A DNA stretch of 62,968 bases, the filler included, from Chiloscyllium plagiosum (Eukaryota), in assembly GCF_004010195.1 (NCBI RefSeq). It is 3 parts of one record of this genome, joined end to end, with 100 filler letters (N's around TTAATTAATTAA, not from the genome) between each part and the next. Parts side by side here need not be neighbours in the genome. Positions count along the whole stretch, not along the records: positions 1 to 21,477 come from NC_057713.1; positions 21,578 to 41,099 come from NC_057713.1; 1 more part is not named here. One strand, given 5' to 3'. The number at the start of each line of letters is the position of its first letter. Within the stretch, counting starts at the first letter, position 1. Both the position numbers and the translations under genes were made by a program. This document shows, piece by piece, positions 12,908-25,305 of the stretch. The notes beneath the pieces were generated by a model. That model saw nothing but the letters and a program-made list of their open reading frames with translations, was not told the DNA's origin and searched no databases.

Positions 12908-13230
12908 ATTAGATTAGATTACATTACAGTGTGGAAACAGGCCCTTCGGCCCAACAAGTCCACACCGACCCGCCGAAGCGAAACCCACCCATACCCCTAC
13001 ATTTACCCCTTACCTAACACTACGGGCAATTTAGTATAGCCAATTCACCTGGCCCTGCACATCTTTGGACTGTGGGAGGAAACCGGAGCACCCGGAGGAA
13101 ACCCACGCAGACACGGGGAGAACGTGCAAACTCCACACAGTCAGTCGCCTGAGTCGGGAATTGAACCCGGGTCTCTAGCGCTGTGAGGCAGCAGTGCTAA
13201 CCATTGTGCCACCGTGTCGCCCACCGTGCC
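12908..13230 (-). mobile_element. HE1-type SINE nested in the PLE
   Basis: Near-identical to 1243-1561; GTGAG duplicated at 12903-12907 and 13231-13235. Confidence 0.93.
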
Positions 13231-13580
13231 GTGAGGGAGCGGCGGTGAAGGAGGCCCAGGACCTCCATGTCCTCAGCAGAGTGGGAGGGGAAGTTGAAAT
13301 GTTGAGCCACGGGGCGGTGTGGTTGATTGGTGCTGGTGTCTCGGAGATGTTCCCTAAAGCGCTCTGCTAGGAGGCGCCCAGTCTCCCCAATGTAGAGGAG
13401 ACCACATTGGGAGCAACGGATACAATAAATGATATTAGTGGATGTGCAAGTAAAACTTTGATGGATGTGGAAGGCTCCTTTAGGGCCTTGGATGGAGGTG
13501 AGCGAGGAGGTGTGGGCACAGGTTTTACAGGTCCTGCGGTGGCAGGGGAAAGTGCCAGGATGGGAGGGTGGGTCATAGGG

Positions 13581-13965
13581 NNNNNNNNNNNNNNNNNNNN
13601 NNNNNNNNNNNNNNNNNNNNNNNNNNNNNNNNNNNNNNNNNNNNNNNNNNNNNNNNNNNNNNNNNNNNNNNNNNNNNNNNNNNNNNNNNNNNNNNNNNNN
13701 NNNNNNNNNNNNNNNNNNNNNNNNNNNNNNNNNNNNNNNNNNNNNNNNNNNNNNNNNNNNNNNNNNNNNNNNNNNNNNNNNNNNNNNNNNNNNNNNNNNN
13801 NNNNNNNNNNNNNNNNNNNNNNNNNNNNNNNNNNNNNNNNNNNNNNNNNNNNNNNNNNNNNNNNNNNNNNNNNNNNNNNNNNNNNNNNNNNNNNNNNNNN
13901 NNNNNNNNNNNNNNNNNNNNNNNNNNNNNNNNNNNNNNNNNNNNNNNNNNNNNNNNNNNNNNNNN
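13581..13965. other. Assembly gap
   Basis: N run inside the PLE. Confidence 1.
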
Positions 13966-15037
13966 AGCACAAGGTGGTGCCAATGCAGTCATCAATGTAG
14001 CGGAGGAAGAGATGGGGAGTGGTGCCGGTGTAATTACGGAAGATGGACTGTACTATGTAGCCAAGAAAGAGACAGACATAGCTGGGGCCCATACGGGTGC
14101 CCATGGCTACCCCTTTGGTCTGGAGGAAGTGGGAGAATTCGAAGGAGAAATTGTTAAGGGTGTGGACCAGTTCAGCCAAACGAATGAGAGTGTTGGTGGA
14201 AGGATACTGGTGGGGACGTCTGGAGAGGAAGAAACGGAGGGCTTGGAGGCCCTGGTCTGGGCGGATGGAGGTGTAGAGGGATTGGATATCCATGGTGAAG
14301 ATGAGGCATTGGGGCGGGGGAAACAGAAGTCTTGGAGGAGGTGGAGGGCATGAGTGGTGTCTCGAACGTATGTGAGAGTTCCTGGACTGGGGGAATAGGA
14401 CAGTATCGAGGTAGGTGGAGATGAGTTAGGTGGGACAGGAGCAGGCTGAGACAATGGGACGGCCAGTGTGGTCAGGATTGTGGATCTTAGGAAGGAGGTA
14501 AAATTGGGTGGTGCGGGGTTCCCAAACTATGAGGTTGGAAGCTCGGAACACTTCAACCTCAGGGCATCAATGTGGACCGCACCAGTTTCCTCATTTCCCC
14601 TCCCCCCCACCTTACCCCAGTTCCAACCTTCCAGCTCAACACCATCCTCATGACCTGTCCTATCTGCCAATCTTCCTTCCCATCTATCTGCTCCATCCTC
14701 CTCTCTGACCTATCACCTTCATCTTCACCCCCATCCATCTATTGTACTCTTTGTTACCTTCTCCCCAGCCCCACCCTCCTCCCATTTATCTCACCACCCC
14801 GGAGGCTCCGTGCCTTCATTCCTGATGAAAGGCTTTTGCCTGAAACACGATTTTCCTGCTCCTCGGATGCTGCCTGACCTGCTGTGCTTTTCCAGCACCA
14901 CTCTAATCTTGACTCTGCCCACAGTGACACTACGCAGTGTTGTTGAGATCTTATTTGGAATATCGCATTTGAGGTTGTACTGCTCCTGGGGCAGGCACAG
15001 TGCATATTAATCTGAATGGCATCTGGTACTTTAAGTT

Positions 15038-15353
15038 ATTAGATTAGATTACATTACAGTGTGGAAACAGGCCCTTCGGCCCAACAAGTCCACACCGACC
15101 CGCCGAAGCGCAACCCACCCAGACCCCTACATTTACCCCTTACCTAACACCACGGGCAATTTAGCACGGCGAATTCACCTGACCTGCACATCTTTGGACT
15201 GTGGGAGGAAACCGGAGCACCCGGAGGAAACCCACGCAGACACGGGGAGAATGGGCAAACTCCACACAGTCAGTCGCCTGAGGAGGGAATTGAACCCGGG
15301 TCTCCGGCGCTGTGAGGCAGCAGTGCTAACCACTGAGCCACCATGCCACCCAC
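15038..15353 (-). mobile_element. HE1-type SINE, full length
   Basis: Reverse complement of the 1243-1561 family; A and B boxes and (AATCT)n tail. Confidence 0.93.
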
Positions 15354-16049
15354 ATTTCAATCAGATGAGGAGTGGTGACAGAAATACCGTCCAATGGCTG
15401 CCTCTCCTCTTGGGGGTGCATTCTGGAAAATTTGATGCTTGATCTATAACTTCTCACGTAGCAAATTAATTGAAATTAAATCTGATTGAAATCTGATTGA
15501 AATGGATGGATGGCTAAACAGTGCTCCTTCCCGATACTGCACTTGGGGGTGATGTCGGTTGTATTCTCCAGAACATGGTCCTAGACATTGCTTTTAGGAT
15601 TCTCTCTACTCCACCCTACATTCCACAGCTGTCGCCAGCTGTTTTATGTCACATGCTGTCTTCTTTCTCTCTATTGTCTTCCTTATTTCCCCTTAATCAC
15701 GGCTCCATAAACCCTGACACACTGACCCTCCAGCACAGGGAAGCGATCCTTCACACGGGAGCCTTATCGATCAATGTTTATGAAACAAACATCAGGAAGT
15801 GCTGCAGAAACTCGAGATGTCTGGCAGCAGCTGTGGAGACAGAAACTGAGTTAACATTTCGGGTCTGGTTCTGAAGAAGGATTACTGAACTTACATGACA
15901 ACACAGGAAAAGGACTTTTGGCCTACCAAGATTGTAGTGACCTGTGACGTCTCTCTAAACTAAACGTCTTTCACCTCTGACTGTTTGTATCTCTGTTCCC
16001 TGCTATTGTGTTTATCTCCACCACCTCCTTTGGCAGTGAATTCCTGGCA

Positions 16050-16828
16050 CTTTTATTTATTTATTCATTTGTGGGATATGGGCATCGCAGGCTGGGCCCA
16101 GCATTTATTGCCCGTCCCGAGTTGCCCCTTGAGAAGGTGGGGGTGAGCTGCCTTCTTGAACCACTGCAGTCTGTGTGCTGTGGGTTGATGCACAATCCAC
16201 CAGGGAGAGAATTCCCGGAATTTGATCCAGTGGCAGTGAAGGAACAGAGATACATTTCCAAGTCAGGATGGCAAATGGTTTGGAGAGGAACTTGCACGGA
16301 GTGGTGTTCCCATGTACCTGCTGCCCTTGTCCTTCTAGATGGAAGTGGTCATGGGTTTGGAAGGTGCTGTCTGAGGACCTTTGGTGAATTTCTGCAGTGC
16401 ATCTTGTAGATAGTACACACTGCTGCTACTGAGCGTTGGTGGGGGAGGGAGTGGACGCTTGTGGATGTGTTGTCAATCAATCAGCTGCTTTGTCCTGGAT
16501 GGTGTCAAGCTTCTTGAGTGTTGTTGGAGCTGTCCCCATCCAGGGCAAGTGGGGAGTGTTCCCTCACACTCCGGATTGTGTCTTGTAGTTGGTGGACAGG
16601 CTTTGAGGAGTCAGGAGGAGTGTTACTCACTGCAGTATTCCTAGCCTCTGACCTGCTCTTGTAGTCTCTATGTTTATGTGGTGAGCCTATTTGAGTCTCT
16701 GATCAATGATAGCCCTCAGGATATTGATAGTCAGGGATTCAGTGATGATAACACCATTGAATGTCACGGGGCGGTCGTTAGTTGTCTCTTATTAGTGGTA
16801 GGTATCGCCTGGCATTTGTGTGGCATGG
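16050..16828 (-). mobile_element. CR1/L2-superfamily LINE (second family), RT C-terminus and 3' end
   Basis: Reverse-complement homolog of 24530-25305 (LKKLDTIQDKAA). Confidence 0.85.
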
Positions 16829-17487
16829 AATAAGTTGATTAGGGATAGTTAACGTGGTTTTGTGAAGGATAGGTTGTGCCTCTCAAACCTTATTGAGTTC
16901 TTTAAGAAGGTGACCAAACAGGTGGATGAGGGTAAAGTGGTTGATGTGGTGTATATGGATTTCAGTAAGGTGTTTGATAAGGTTTCTCATGGTAGGCTTT
17001 GCACAAAATACAGAGGCATGGGATTGAGGGTGATTTAGCAGTTTGGATCAGAAAAGGGTTTTGATTGATGGGAAATATTTATCCTGGAGCTCAGTTATCA
17101 GTGGTGTACCGCAAGGATCTGTTTTGGGGCCCCTGCTGTTTGTCATTTTTATAAATGACCTGGATGAGGGCATAGAAGGGTGGGTTAATAAATTTGCGGA
17201 TGACACTAAGATTGGTAGAGTTGTGGATACAGACGAAGAATGTTGTAGGCTACAGAGGGACATAGATAAGCTGCAGAGCTGGGCTGAGAGGTGGCAAATG
17301 GAGTTTAATGCAGAAAGGTGTGAGGTGATCCACTTTGGAAGGAGCAACAGGAATGCAGAATAATGGTAAGATTCTTGGTAGTGTAGATGAGCAGAGAGAT
17401 CTCAGTGTCCAGGTACATAGATCCTTCAAAGTTGCCACCCAGGTTGACAGGGCTGTTAAGAAGACATACGATATGTTAGCTTTTGTT
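16829..17487 (+). mobile_element. CR1 RT fragment
   Basis: [38 protein letters not shown]. Confidence 0.95.
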
Positions 17488-17869
17488 ACTGTCACTCAAG
17501 TACAGGGGTACAGCAAAGAGTGGATACTGTCACCATTCCCACCACCATCATCGGTATAGAGGTACTAGCTACAAAATCTTAGCTGCAAAGTAGAAAGATA
17601 AAGAAACAAAAAAAAGTTAAAAATTACAGTCTCCTCTTAGTCTAAAGTAGAAAAATAAAGAAGTAAAGTTAAAAGTTCAACAGTCCATTTGAATTGCTGA
17701 GTCAGCTCAGCTTGTATTCCCTACAAGGGTTCGATTTCCTCTACTTTGACCCGGTCAGTTTTGAGGAAAGGTCACTGGATCTGAAATGTTAACTCTGATT
17801 TCTCTCACAGATGTTGCCAGACCTACTGAGCTTTTCCAGCAATTTCTGTATTTGTTTCATATTTTTATA

Positions 17870-18480
17870 TTTCATTCCCTTTGTAATAGAGACCAACGTT
17901 CCTTTGTCTTCACAATCACTTGGTGAAATTACATGCCAGATTTTTGTGATTTATGGATGAAGACCTCAAATACTTCTGTACTGCAGCTTTCTGCAATCTA
18001 TCTCTATCTCAATAATATTCAGCTCCTCTGTTCTATCTGCCAAAGTGCAGAACCTCACAGTTGCCCACATTTTACTCCAAATGCCAACATATTTTCCACT
18101 AACTTAACCTGTCCATATCCCTCTGCAGACTCAGAGTCAATCTCACCAAATACTTTCCCACCTATCATCTGTAAACGTGGTTATAATGCATACACTTCCA
18201 TCATTCAAATCACTGTGGCCTCACTGATCCCTGTACCAGCCCATTGAAATCACCTCCCATATCCCAGCTGATGTGCTGAACATGCTGCTGTTATATCCTT
18301 TGCATCCTTAGCATTTCCCCAATGATTAATGTTTAGCTAACTGGTCTGTAATTACTTGATTTTTTAAAATCTTCCTCTATTTTTGACTCTGTCTTTTTAC
18401 TTTGCCAGTTTTCAAATCCTCTTGAACTTTTCCAGAATCTAATAATTCTTGGAAGATTCTAACTTTTTAAGTTCTCAGAG
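17870..18480 (-). mobile_element. Heavily decayed CR1 fragment
   Basis: Residual similarity to the CR1 RT C-terminus. Confidence 0.5.
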
Positions 18481-19929
18481 GGCAGGTAGACATGTCCATG
18501 GGAACCTGTTGTGCGTTCATTATGATGCCATGAATATTGATTCACATGCTAGCCCGATGGGATTATGTTCATGGGTACAATTTTGCTCACCAAAAGTTGG
18601 ACACATGCACTTTCTGAAACTCAACTACAAATACAAGGCCTAGTGAGTAGAGAGCTTGCTCCCTGCTATGATGAGTGAACCATTTATCTCTTGTTTAGTT
18701 CCTTCAAAACAAAATCGAATAATTGCACAACCACCTCCATTGTAATGGCAGAAGGCTCTCGTTGTTCAGTAGCTCATGAGAAGGTACATTTGTAGGCCAT
18801 CAGGCTACCTACAACAGGACCATTGCAATGTTAGAGCTGCACGATGATCTACTCATACCCTGCTCAATAAAAGTCACCAGACTGAAACAAACTTGATTGG
18901 GGCATGCAAGCTGTGCCTTAAAGGGCGGTAAATGTAAATGAAGTAAAGGAGCAGGTTCACAGGAAGGTGAGACAAGTGCAAAGGGAAGGAAAGCGATCTG
19001 AAGGTTGTGGTTGTCAGGATCACTGAAAGGAGCTATGGAAAATGAAGGCAGCAAACTGGGATTGAGAGGCAAGAGTCACAAGAAGTAGGGGCAATGGGGT
19101 CAGCAATGTGCAGGAGCTGGACATGAAGAGAGTGAAGAAGAATGGGGTTATATATTGTGCTGGAGAGGGAGAATGAGCAGTGGAGATGAATGAGGCAGAG
19201 TGGGAGGAAGCTATCTAACTCACCAGGTCTTGTAATCAGAGTTGAGTTTCAGTAAATAGACGTATCCTATTTCTGGCTAACAAAATTGAGGAGATCAACT
19301 TCAAGATCCCAATGGGAATGGGATCAGCAAGTTTGACCAGGAATGCGAAGGGAAATATTTAAAGGATTTATATTATGAAGGGAAGATTGAAAAAGTATGG
19401 AGGAGAAGAAATGGGAAGGAGGAGGCCATTGACAGTAATGGGGACAGGAGTGGGATCGGGAAATTGTACTTGAAAGCGAGAGGGTAGAAAGAGGAATAAT
19501 CAAGAGTTGTGTCCATCAACCATCTTCCTGACAATCAAATCCCAAAAGCGGGTGGAAGGGAGGAGCTCTAGGTTTGTTTGGAAATGGTAAGGCCAAGTAA
19601 GAAAACACTCGAAAGAAGCAAATTAAATCTGTAAGTGGCATGTAGATTATATGAGCAACATATCAATGACAATGCATTGAGGGGAATTACCGGTCTATGT
19701 TAAAGGCAGAGAAGGTGTTTAAGTTACAAGCAGCTACATGCTCACCATGTCCAGTCAATCAGTCAGTAACAGGTTATGAAAGTTGTACCTCTCAATGTAT
19801 GGGGGCTGGTAGAACACATTGTCCCCTCAGGAACAGGAGGCCTTATCAGGTCCAAAATTTTCATTGACTGTCGCAAGATTCCAAATGCAAAGCCTCCATC
19901 TCATTCCTGCTCTTCCTTTACACATCAGT

Positions 19930-20372
19930 CATTCTGTGCCAGATGTTGGAGCAACTGAACCCAGCATCTGGTTTAGCATTGCTGAAGCTGAGGAGATGGA
20001 GAGGGGGATGGAGGAGGAACAGGAAGGAGAAACAAGGGCAGAATCAGGGACATGATGCTCAGGGGCTGCAGACGGGTAACAGCAACCTTCGCATGAAGAG
20101 GGCAAGCAGTATCTCCAGCACCATCGGCCTGGCTACAGAGAGACAGGGGAGAGCCAGCTCCCACCAGATCAGTGAGGGACAGTGCAGGAGACATCTTCGC
20201 GTGGCAAGAGAAATGATTGCATCCATCTACCCCTTCAGGCAGGCTGATCAGCACAATACCAATGTGTCTGTACCAGTCACTGCACAAATGATCTTGCTCA
20301 GCACCAGTTTCTTTAGCCACGTTTAGACATGTAGAGTTTAAAAGAATGTAATCACAAGGAAAAATCCACCCC
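19930..20372 (+). mobile_element. Decayed PIF/Harbinger transposase N-terminal region and element end
   Basis: ORF 19943-20326 SHQISEGQCRRHLRVAREMIASI...VPVTAQ resembles the HARBI1-type SEEQCxRRLRxSRE...PVA motif; ends AAAATCCACCCC (GGG-type terminus). Confidence 0.5.
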
Positions 20373-20630
20373 ATAGCCGAGTCCAAGTTTCTCCCACTAT
20401 TTCACCCACGTCTAATCTCAGAAATAAAAATTCTGTACACTGCTCGAAAACATGACAAAGAACAATATTCTTAATGGAGTATAATTACCATTCAGATTAA
20501 ATCAACAATCTTCAAATATATAAAATTTATAATAATACGAAACATCAGGGAACACCAATTTAGTTACCAGGCTGATAAATTGATCGAGTGAGCTTTCTTG
20601 TCTTTGTGATTTGAAGATGTTCTCTTGACT

Positions 20631-21083
20631 ACGGGAACCTGCAAGCAGGAAGGTGGTTTGAAGTGCGTCTACTTCAATGCCAGGGGCACCTGGAATGAGG
20701 TGGGTGAACTTGCAGCATCGGTTGGTACCTGGGATTGCGATGTTGTGGCCATTTCAAAGGCATGGACAGAGCAGGGACAGGAATGATTGTGGCAGGTTTT
20801 GGGATTTAGATGTTTCAGTAAGAACAGAGAAGATGATAAAGGGGGGTTGGCATTGTTAGTCAAGGACAGTATTACAGTGGCAGAAAGGACATCTGAGGAC
20901 TTGTTTGCTGAGGTAGTTTGCTGAGGTGGTTAGAAACAGGAAAGGAGAGGTTACCCTGTTGGAAGTTTTCTATCGGCCTCCGAATTGTTCCAGAGATGTA
21001 GAGGATAGGATAACAAAAATAATTCTGGATGGAAGTGAGAGTGACGGGGTACTTTTTATGGGGGAACTTTAACTTTCCAAATA
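20631..21083 (+). mobile_element. CR1 ORF2 AP-endonuclease fragment
   Basis: LKCVYFNAR..GELAA..DVVAI..GFRCF..GGLALLVKDSI..FYRPPN..FNFPN. Confidence 0.9.
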
Positions 21084-21477
21084 CAGAGGAACCTCAATTA
21101 TCCGAATACCAATTATCCAAAAATCGGTTTATCCGAAAGAGATCTCGAGGTCCTGATGGAAACATTACATCAAAGACCTGTTTCCAACAGTGATCGCGTC
21201 TTTTGTTTACAGTAATTAAACAGGCACCCTCCCTCTCTCCCAACACTTTTCCAGGAGTTTTACACAGGGGTGTACCCTACCACCCCCCACCTTCCCAAGA
21301 TAATCTGACCAACATTGTCCTGTACAGGGCAGAGGTGGAACCTGTCAACAAGTTGGAGTAAAAGGTTGTGTGTGTGTGTGTGTGTGTGTGTCTGTGTGTC
21401 TGTGTGTGTCTGTGTGTGTGTGTCTGTGCATGTGTCTATGTGTGTGTGTCTGTTTCTGTGTGTGTATGTGTGTCTGT
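21084..21477 (+). mobile_element. Tigger/pogo-type DNA transposon left end with internal (GT)n
   Basis: TA target then CAGAGGAACCTCAATTATCCGAA with repeated TTATCCGAA; (GT)n at 21367-21477; cut by contig join. Confidence 0.7.
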
Positions 21478-21577
21478 NNNNNNNNNNNNNNNNNNNNNNN
21501 NNNNNNNNNNNNNNNNNNNNNTTAATTAATTAANNNNNNNNNNNNNNNNNNNNNNNNNNNNNNNNNNNNNNNNNNNN
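21478..21577. other. Artificial 100-bp contig-join spacer
   Basis: N44-TTAATTAATTAA-N44 (stops in all six frames). Confidence 0.97.
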
Positions 21578-22010
21578 TCCCGAATGTAGGTGGGGAGTTC
21601 TTGGACTAATGGGGACAGGACCGTGTCGAGGTATGCCGAGATGAGTTCGTTTGGGCAGGAGCAGGCTGAGACGATGGGTCGTCTGGGGCAGTCAGGTTTG
21701 TGGATTTTGGGCAGGAGGTAGAAACGGGCGGTGCGGGGTTGTGGGACTATGAGGTTGGAGGCGGTGGATGGGAGGTCCCCTGAGGTGATGAGGTTATGGA
21801 TGGTCTGGGAGATGATGGTTTGGTGGTGGGAGGTGGGGTCATGGTCAAGGGGGCAGTAGGAGGAGGTGTCCGCGTGCTGGCATTTAGCAATCCACAAAGA
21901 ATGAAAGGCAATCTCATTGAAACATTTTAAGGGCCCGAAACATCGATTCTCCTGCTCCTTGGATGCTGCCTGACCTGCTGCGCTTTTCCAGCAACACATT
22001 TTTCAGCTCT
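21578..22010 (-). mobile_element. Neptune-type PLE RT N-terminal fragment plus inverted partial pLTR (21931-22010)
   Basis: PRTARFYLLPKIHKPDCPRRPIVSACSCP..ISAYLD..LPTYIR. Confidence 0.88.
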
Positions 22011-22511
22011 AACCACTTGAGTGGCAACTTTGAGGGATCTATGTACTTGCACACCCAGATCCCTCTGTTCCTCCACACTGCCAAGAATCTTGTCTTTAAT
22101 CCTATATTCAGCATTCGAGTTCGACCTTTCAAAATGCATCATTTCGCATTTATCCAGGTTGAACTCCATTTGCCATTTCTCAGCCCAGCTACTGCAGCCT
22201 ACAGTAGCCCTCAATACTATCGACGACACCTCCAACCTTTTTGTCATCTGCAAATTTACTAACTCACCCCTCAACTTCCTCATCCAAGTCATTTATAAAC
22301 ACTACAAAGAACAGAGGCTCAAGATCAGAGCCCTGCGGGACCCCACTCAACATTGACCTCCAGACAGAATACTTTCCATCTACAACCACTCTCTGCCTTC
22401 TATCAGCCACCAATTCTGAATCCAGGTAGCCAACTCTCCCTGTATCCCGTACTTCCTGACTTTATAAATGAGCCTACTATGGGGAACCTTATCAAATGCC
22501 TTGCTGAAGTA
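22011..22511 (-). mobile_element. CR1 RT fragment
   Basis: WAEKWQMEFNLDKCE, EQRDLGVQVHRSLKVATQV. Confidence 0.92.
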
Positions 22512-23461
22512 TGCATTGTTGCGGTTGGCAAGCAAGTCTTCAGGGTGCAGATGGTTGAGATGTTTGGTATATGACTGATAAACTAAATGGGAGTAGAATA
22601 CTTAGAGTACATGACATTAGGCCATGAAATGGAATTCGTTTAACTTCCATGATACTGAGTCAAGATTTCAAAAGAAAAGATGATTTGTGCCTATAACTAT
22701 AAGAAATATCAGAGCATATTTTTCCTTACGCCATATGCAGTCCTGGCAGTAACCATCATCAGAACATAGCCCTGCGTTATTAATATTAGTTATCAATGCA
22801 ATAACACAAAAATGCAATATTATGGCTGATGTCACTGTGATAATTGAATACACATTATCTATGAGTAAAGACCCCTTCAAAATTTATTCTCGAGTGCTTT
22901 AAAAGCACTCTCATGATCTAAATCTTTACCTTACAGTAAGTCATGCATGTGTTGATTCAAACAGTCACAAACTGATGTTTGCTACTGAACATTTTCAATG
23001 CAATGAGAGATTATTCACTACAGTTAATCAATGCAGGTATATTTGATATAGGAAATTGCAGATTAGGAAAACCAGGTTTGATACCCAATGTGTAAGGAGT
23101 TGGTTGATCTGATCTGAAGTAACTGGGAGAAGATAAAAAATAATCCAGTTCCTAACCTTTATCCAGTGAGCGCAGTTGTGAAGTGCACGGGAATGGTGGA
23201 TTAGCGTTACTGTTTTTGTCTCTGCTTTTGAAATGTTTAGTCCAGGTTTATAAGGAAATGATTGAAGATAAAGGTTGTAGAGTTTCTGTTCACCTGTGGA
23301 ATCCAGCGTGAATCATCATAACAAGAAAAACAGAAGAATTGTGGCTATTGACATGTGATGCTTGAATCATATCTGTAGAGAGTTAACGGGTATATTCAAA
23401 CTAAACTTGAGAGCCAGGATTTTCTGTCTTTATTCTCAGTCAAATGTCAGTGATTTTTCAA

Positions 23462-23700
23462 AGAATATAGAACAGCATAACATAGTACAGGCCCTCAATG
23501 TTGTGATGACCTTTTACCCTACTCCAAGGTCAGGCTAACCTACATACCCTTCATTGTACTATCTTCCATTTGCCTATCCAAGAGTCATTTAAATGTCACT
23601 AATGTATTTGACTCGACTACCAACACTGACAGTGCACTCCACACACCCACCACTCTCAGTGTGAAGAACCTACCTCTGATATCTCCCCTAAATCTCTGTT
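23462..23700 (-). mobile_element. CR1 3' end
   Basis: TTCTA-type tail and 3' UTR similar to other CR1 ends in the window. Confidence 0.75.
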
Positions 23701-24080
23701 CATTTATCCAGAGTGGAAATTCTCGAGCTCACCATTTGAATATATCCCTCAGTCATACAAAGCATCCCGTGCTAAGTTACTTGAAATCATCTAGTTTATC
23801 CTTGGCCAGGATTTTTAAGACGGTAGAGCTCCCTGACCTCACCAGCGCTTCAGCTGAAGAGATGGCAGGATAGCAGTTACTACATGGCTCTTTAACATTC
23901 AGTGGGTTATTCATTAACCAAGAGTGCGACTTATGGCCCCATCTGGGAAACAAATGCCAGCATGGAGTTGCCGGTGAATCTGGACGTCTGCTGACTCTGT
24001 AGTCCCAGCAGCACCTGCTTCAAATGGCGGCTACAACCAGCTCCCAAAGAATAGGAGCTGGGAAAGTCCGGACTGAACCT

Positions 24081-24119
24081 GGGTCAGGGTCAGGGTCAGG
24101 GTCAGGGTCAGGATCAGGG
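24081..24119 (+). repeat. (GGGTCA)n hexamer run
   Basis: 5 perfect units, then GGATCA and GGG. Confidence 0.95.
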
Positions 24120-24529
24120 ACAGGCTGACAACGCTCAGGGAGGGGGATTAGGAAATCGAGAGGCTGTGTTTCAGAAGGCCGAGGGAGAATTAGAGGGACG
24201 TTTAAAGTGCGATATGACCCAGGGGAATGCATCCAATGGGGAGTCCCAAAGAAAAAGCAGCAGTATCACCCTCCCATTCCTGAACATCAACCTGTGCAAT
24301 TATAGTTGCTGGATAACATCCTGCCCCAGGGCAGATCTCCCTCCTTCCAGGGAGGAAAATGTGGCAGTGATGGGACGAGACACATCTGTGGCCATAGTGT
24401 TTTGATGTTAATCAGCCCAAGGACAGGGGGGCACCTCCATACGTCTGTTCCCCCATAAAGTGCAGCCAGATAAAAGTGGGCTATTCAGCGGAAGCAGGCC
24501 TCATGTTGTGTGGCTGTTCGGGTACTGAA

Positions 24530-25305
24530 GAAGTCAACGTTCAAACGCAACAAGCTCTGGACAACATCCAGGCTTGCACTGACAATTGGCAAGAAACATT
24601 TGCACCATACAAATGCCAGACCATGACCATCCCCATAAGAAACAAACTAAGCACTGTGCCAATGGCGTTATTATAACTGAATAACCCACTGTCACCAATC
24701 TGGGGATTACCATTGACCAGAAACTCAACTTGCCATATAAATACACATGACTACAAGAGCAGGTCAGAGACTTGGAATCCTGTCGGAAATAACTCCCCTC
24801 CTGACTCCCCAAAGCCTGTCTACCATCTACAAGGCACAGGTCAGGAGCGTGATGGAATACTCCCCACTTGTCTGGTTGGGGGCAGCTCCAACAACAATCA
24901 AGAAGCTCAACACCATCCAGGACAAAGCAGCTGCTTGATTGGTACCACACCCACTCACTCCACCACTGACACTCAGTAGAAGCCTCAAACACTCACTAAA
25001 AATCCTTCAACTGCACCTTCCAAACCCAGGCTCACTTCCATCTAGAAAGACAAGGACAGCAGAGACATGGGAACATCACCCCCTGCAAGTTCCCTTCAGA
25101 GCCCCTCAGCACCCTGACTGGGAAATATATCACCATTTCTTCACTGTCGTTGGGTCAAAATCCTGTAAATTCCCTCCCTAAGGACATTATTAGTCAAACT
25201 ACAGTACATGGACTGCAGTTCAAGAAGGCATCTCACCCCCACCTTCTCAAGGGGGCAACTAGGGACAGGCCCAGCCAGTGTAACCCAGATCCCAGGAGTT
25301 AATAA
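24530..25305 (+). mobile_element. CR1/L2-superfamily LINE (second family) 3' fragment
   Basis: WQETFAPYKCQ, LGITID, LSTIYKAQVRSVMEYSPLVW..KKLNTIQDKAA; tail TTCAAGAAGGCATCTCACCCCCACCTTCTCAAGGG. Confidence 0.88.

Larger units (their letters stand above)
12494..14913 (-). mobile_element. Neptune-type PLE, 5'-truncated, with inverted pLTR and 14-bp TSD
   Basis: TSD TCTGCCCACAGTGA at 12480-12493 and 14914-14927; RT motifs MDIQSLYTSI, QTKGVAMG, FLRYIDD; linker CHRRTCKTC; GIY-YIG; inverted copy of the 3' end from about 14543. Confidence 0.93.

Noticed and set aside
21522..21533. Palindromic TTAATTAATTAA island between N runs (also 41144-41155)
   Set aside because: Identical N44-12-N44 layout twice: an artificial six-frame-stop contig spacer. 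Adjacency across these joins is unproven.
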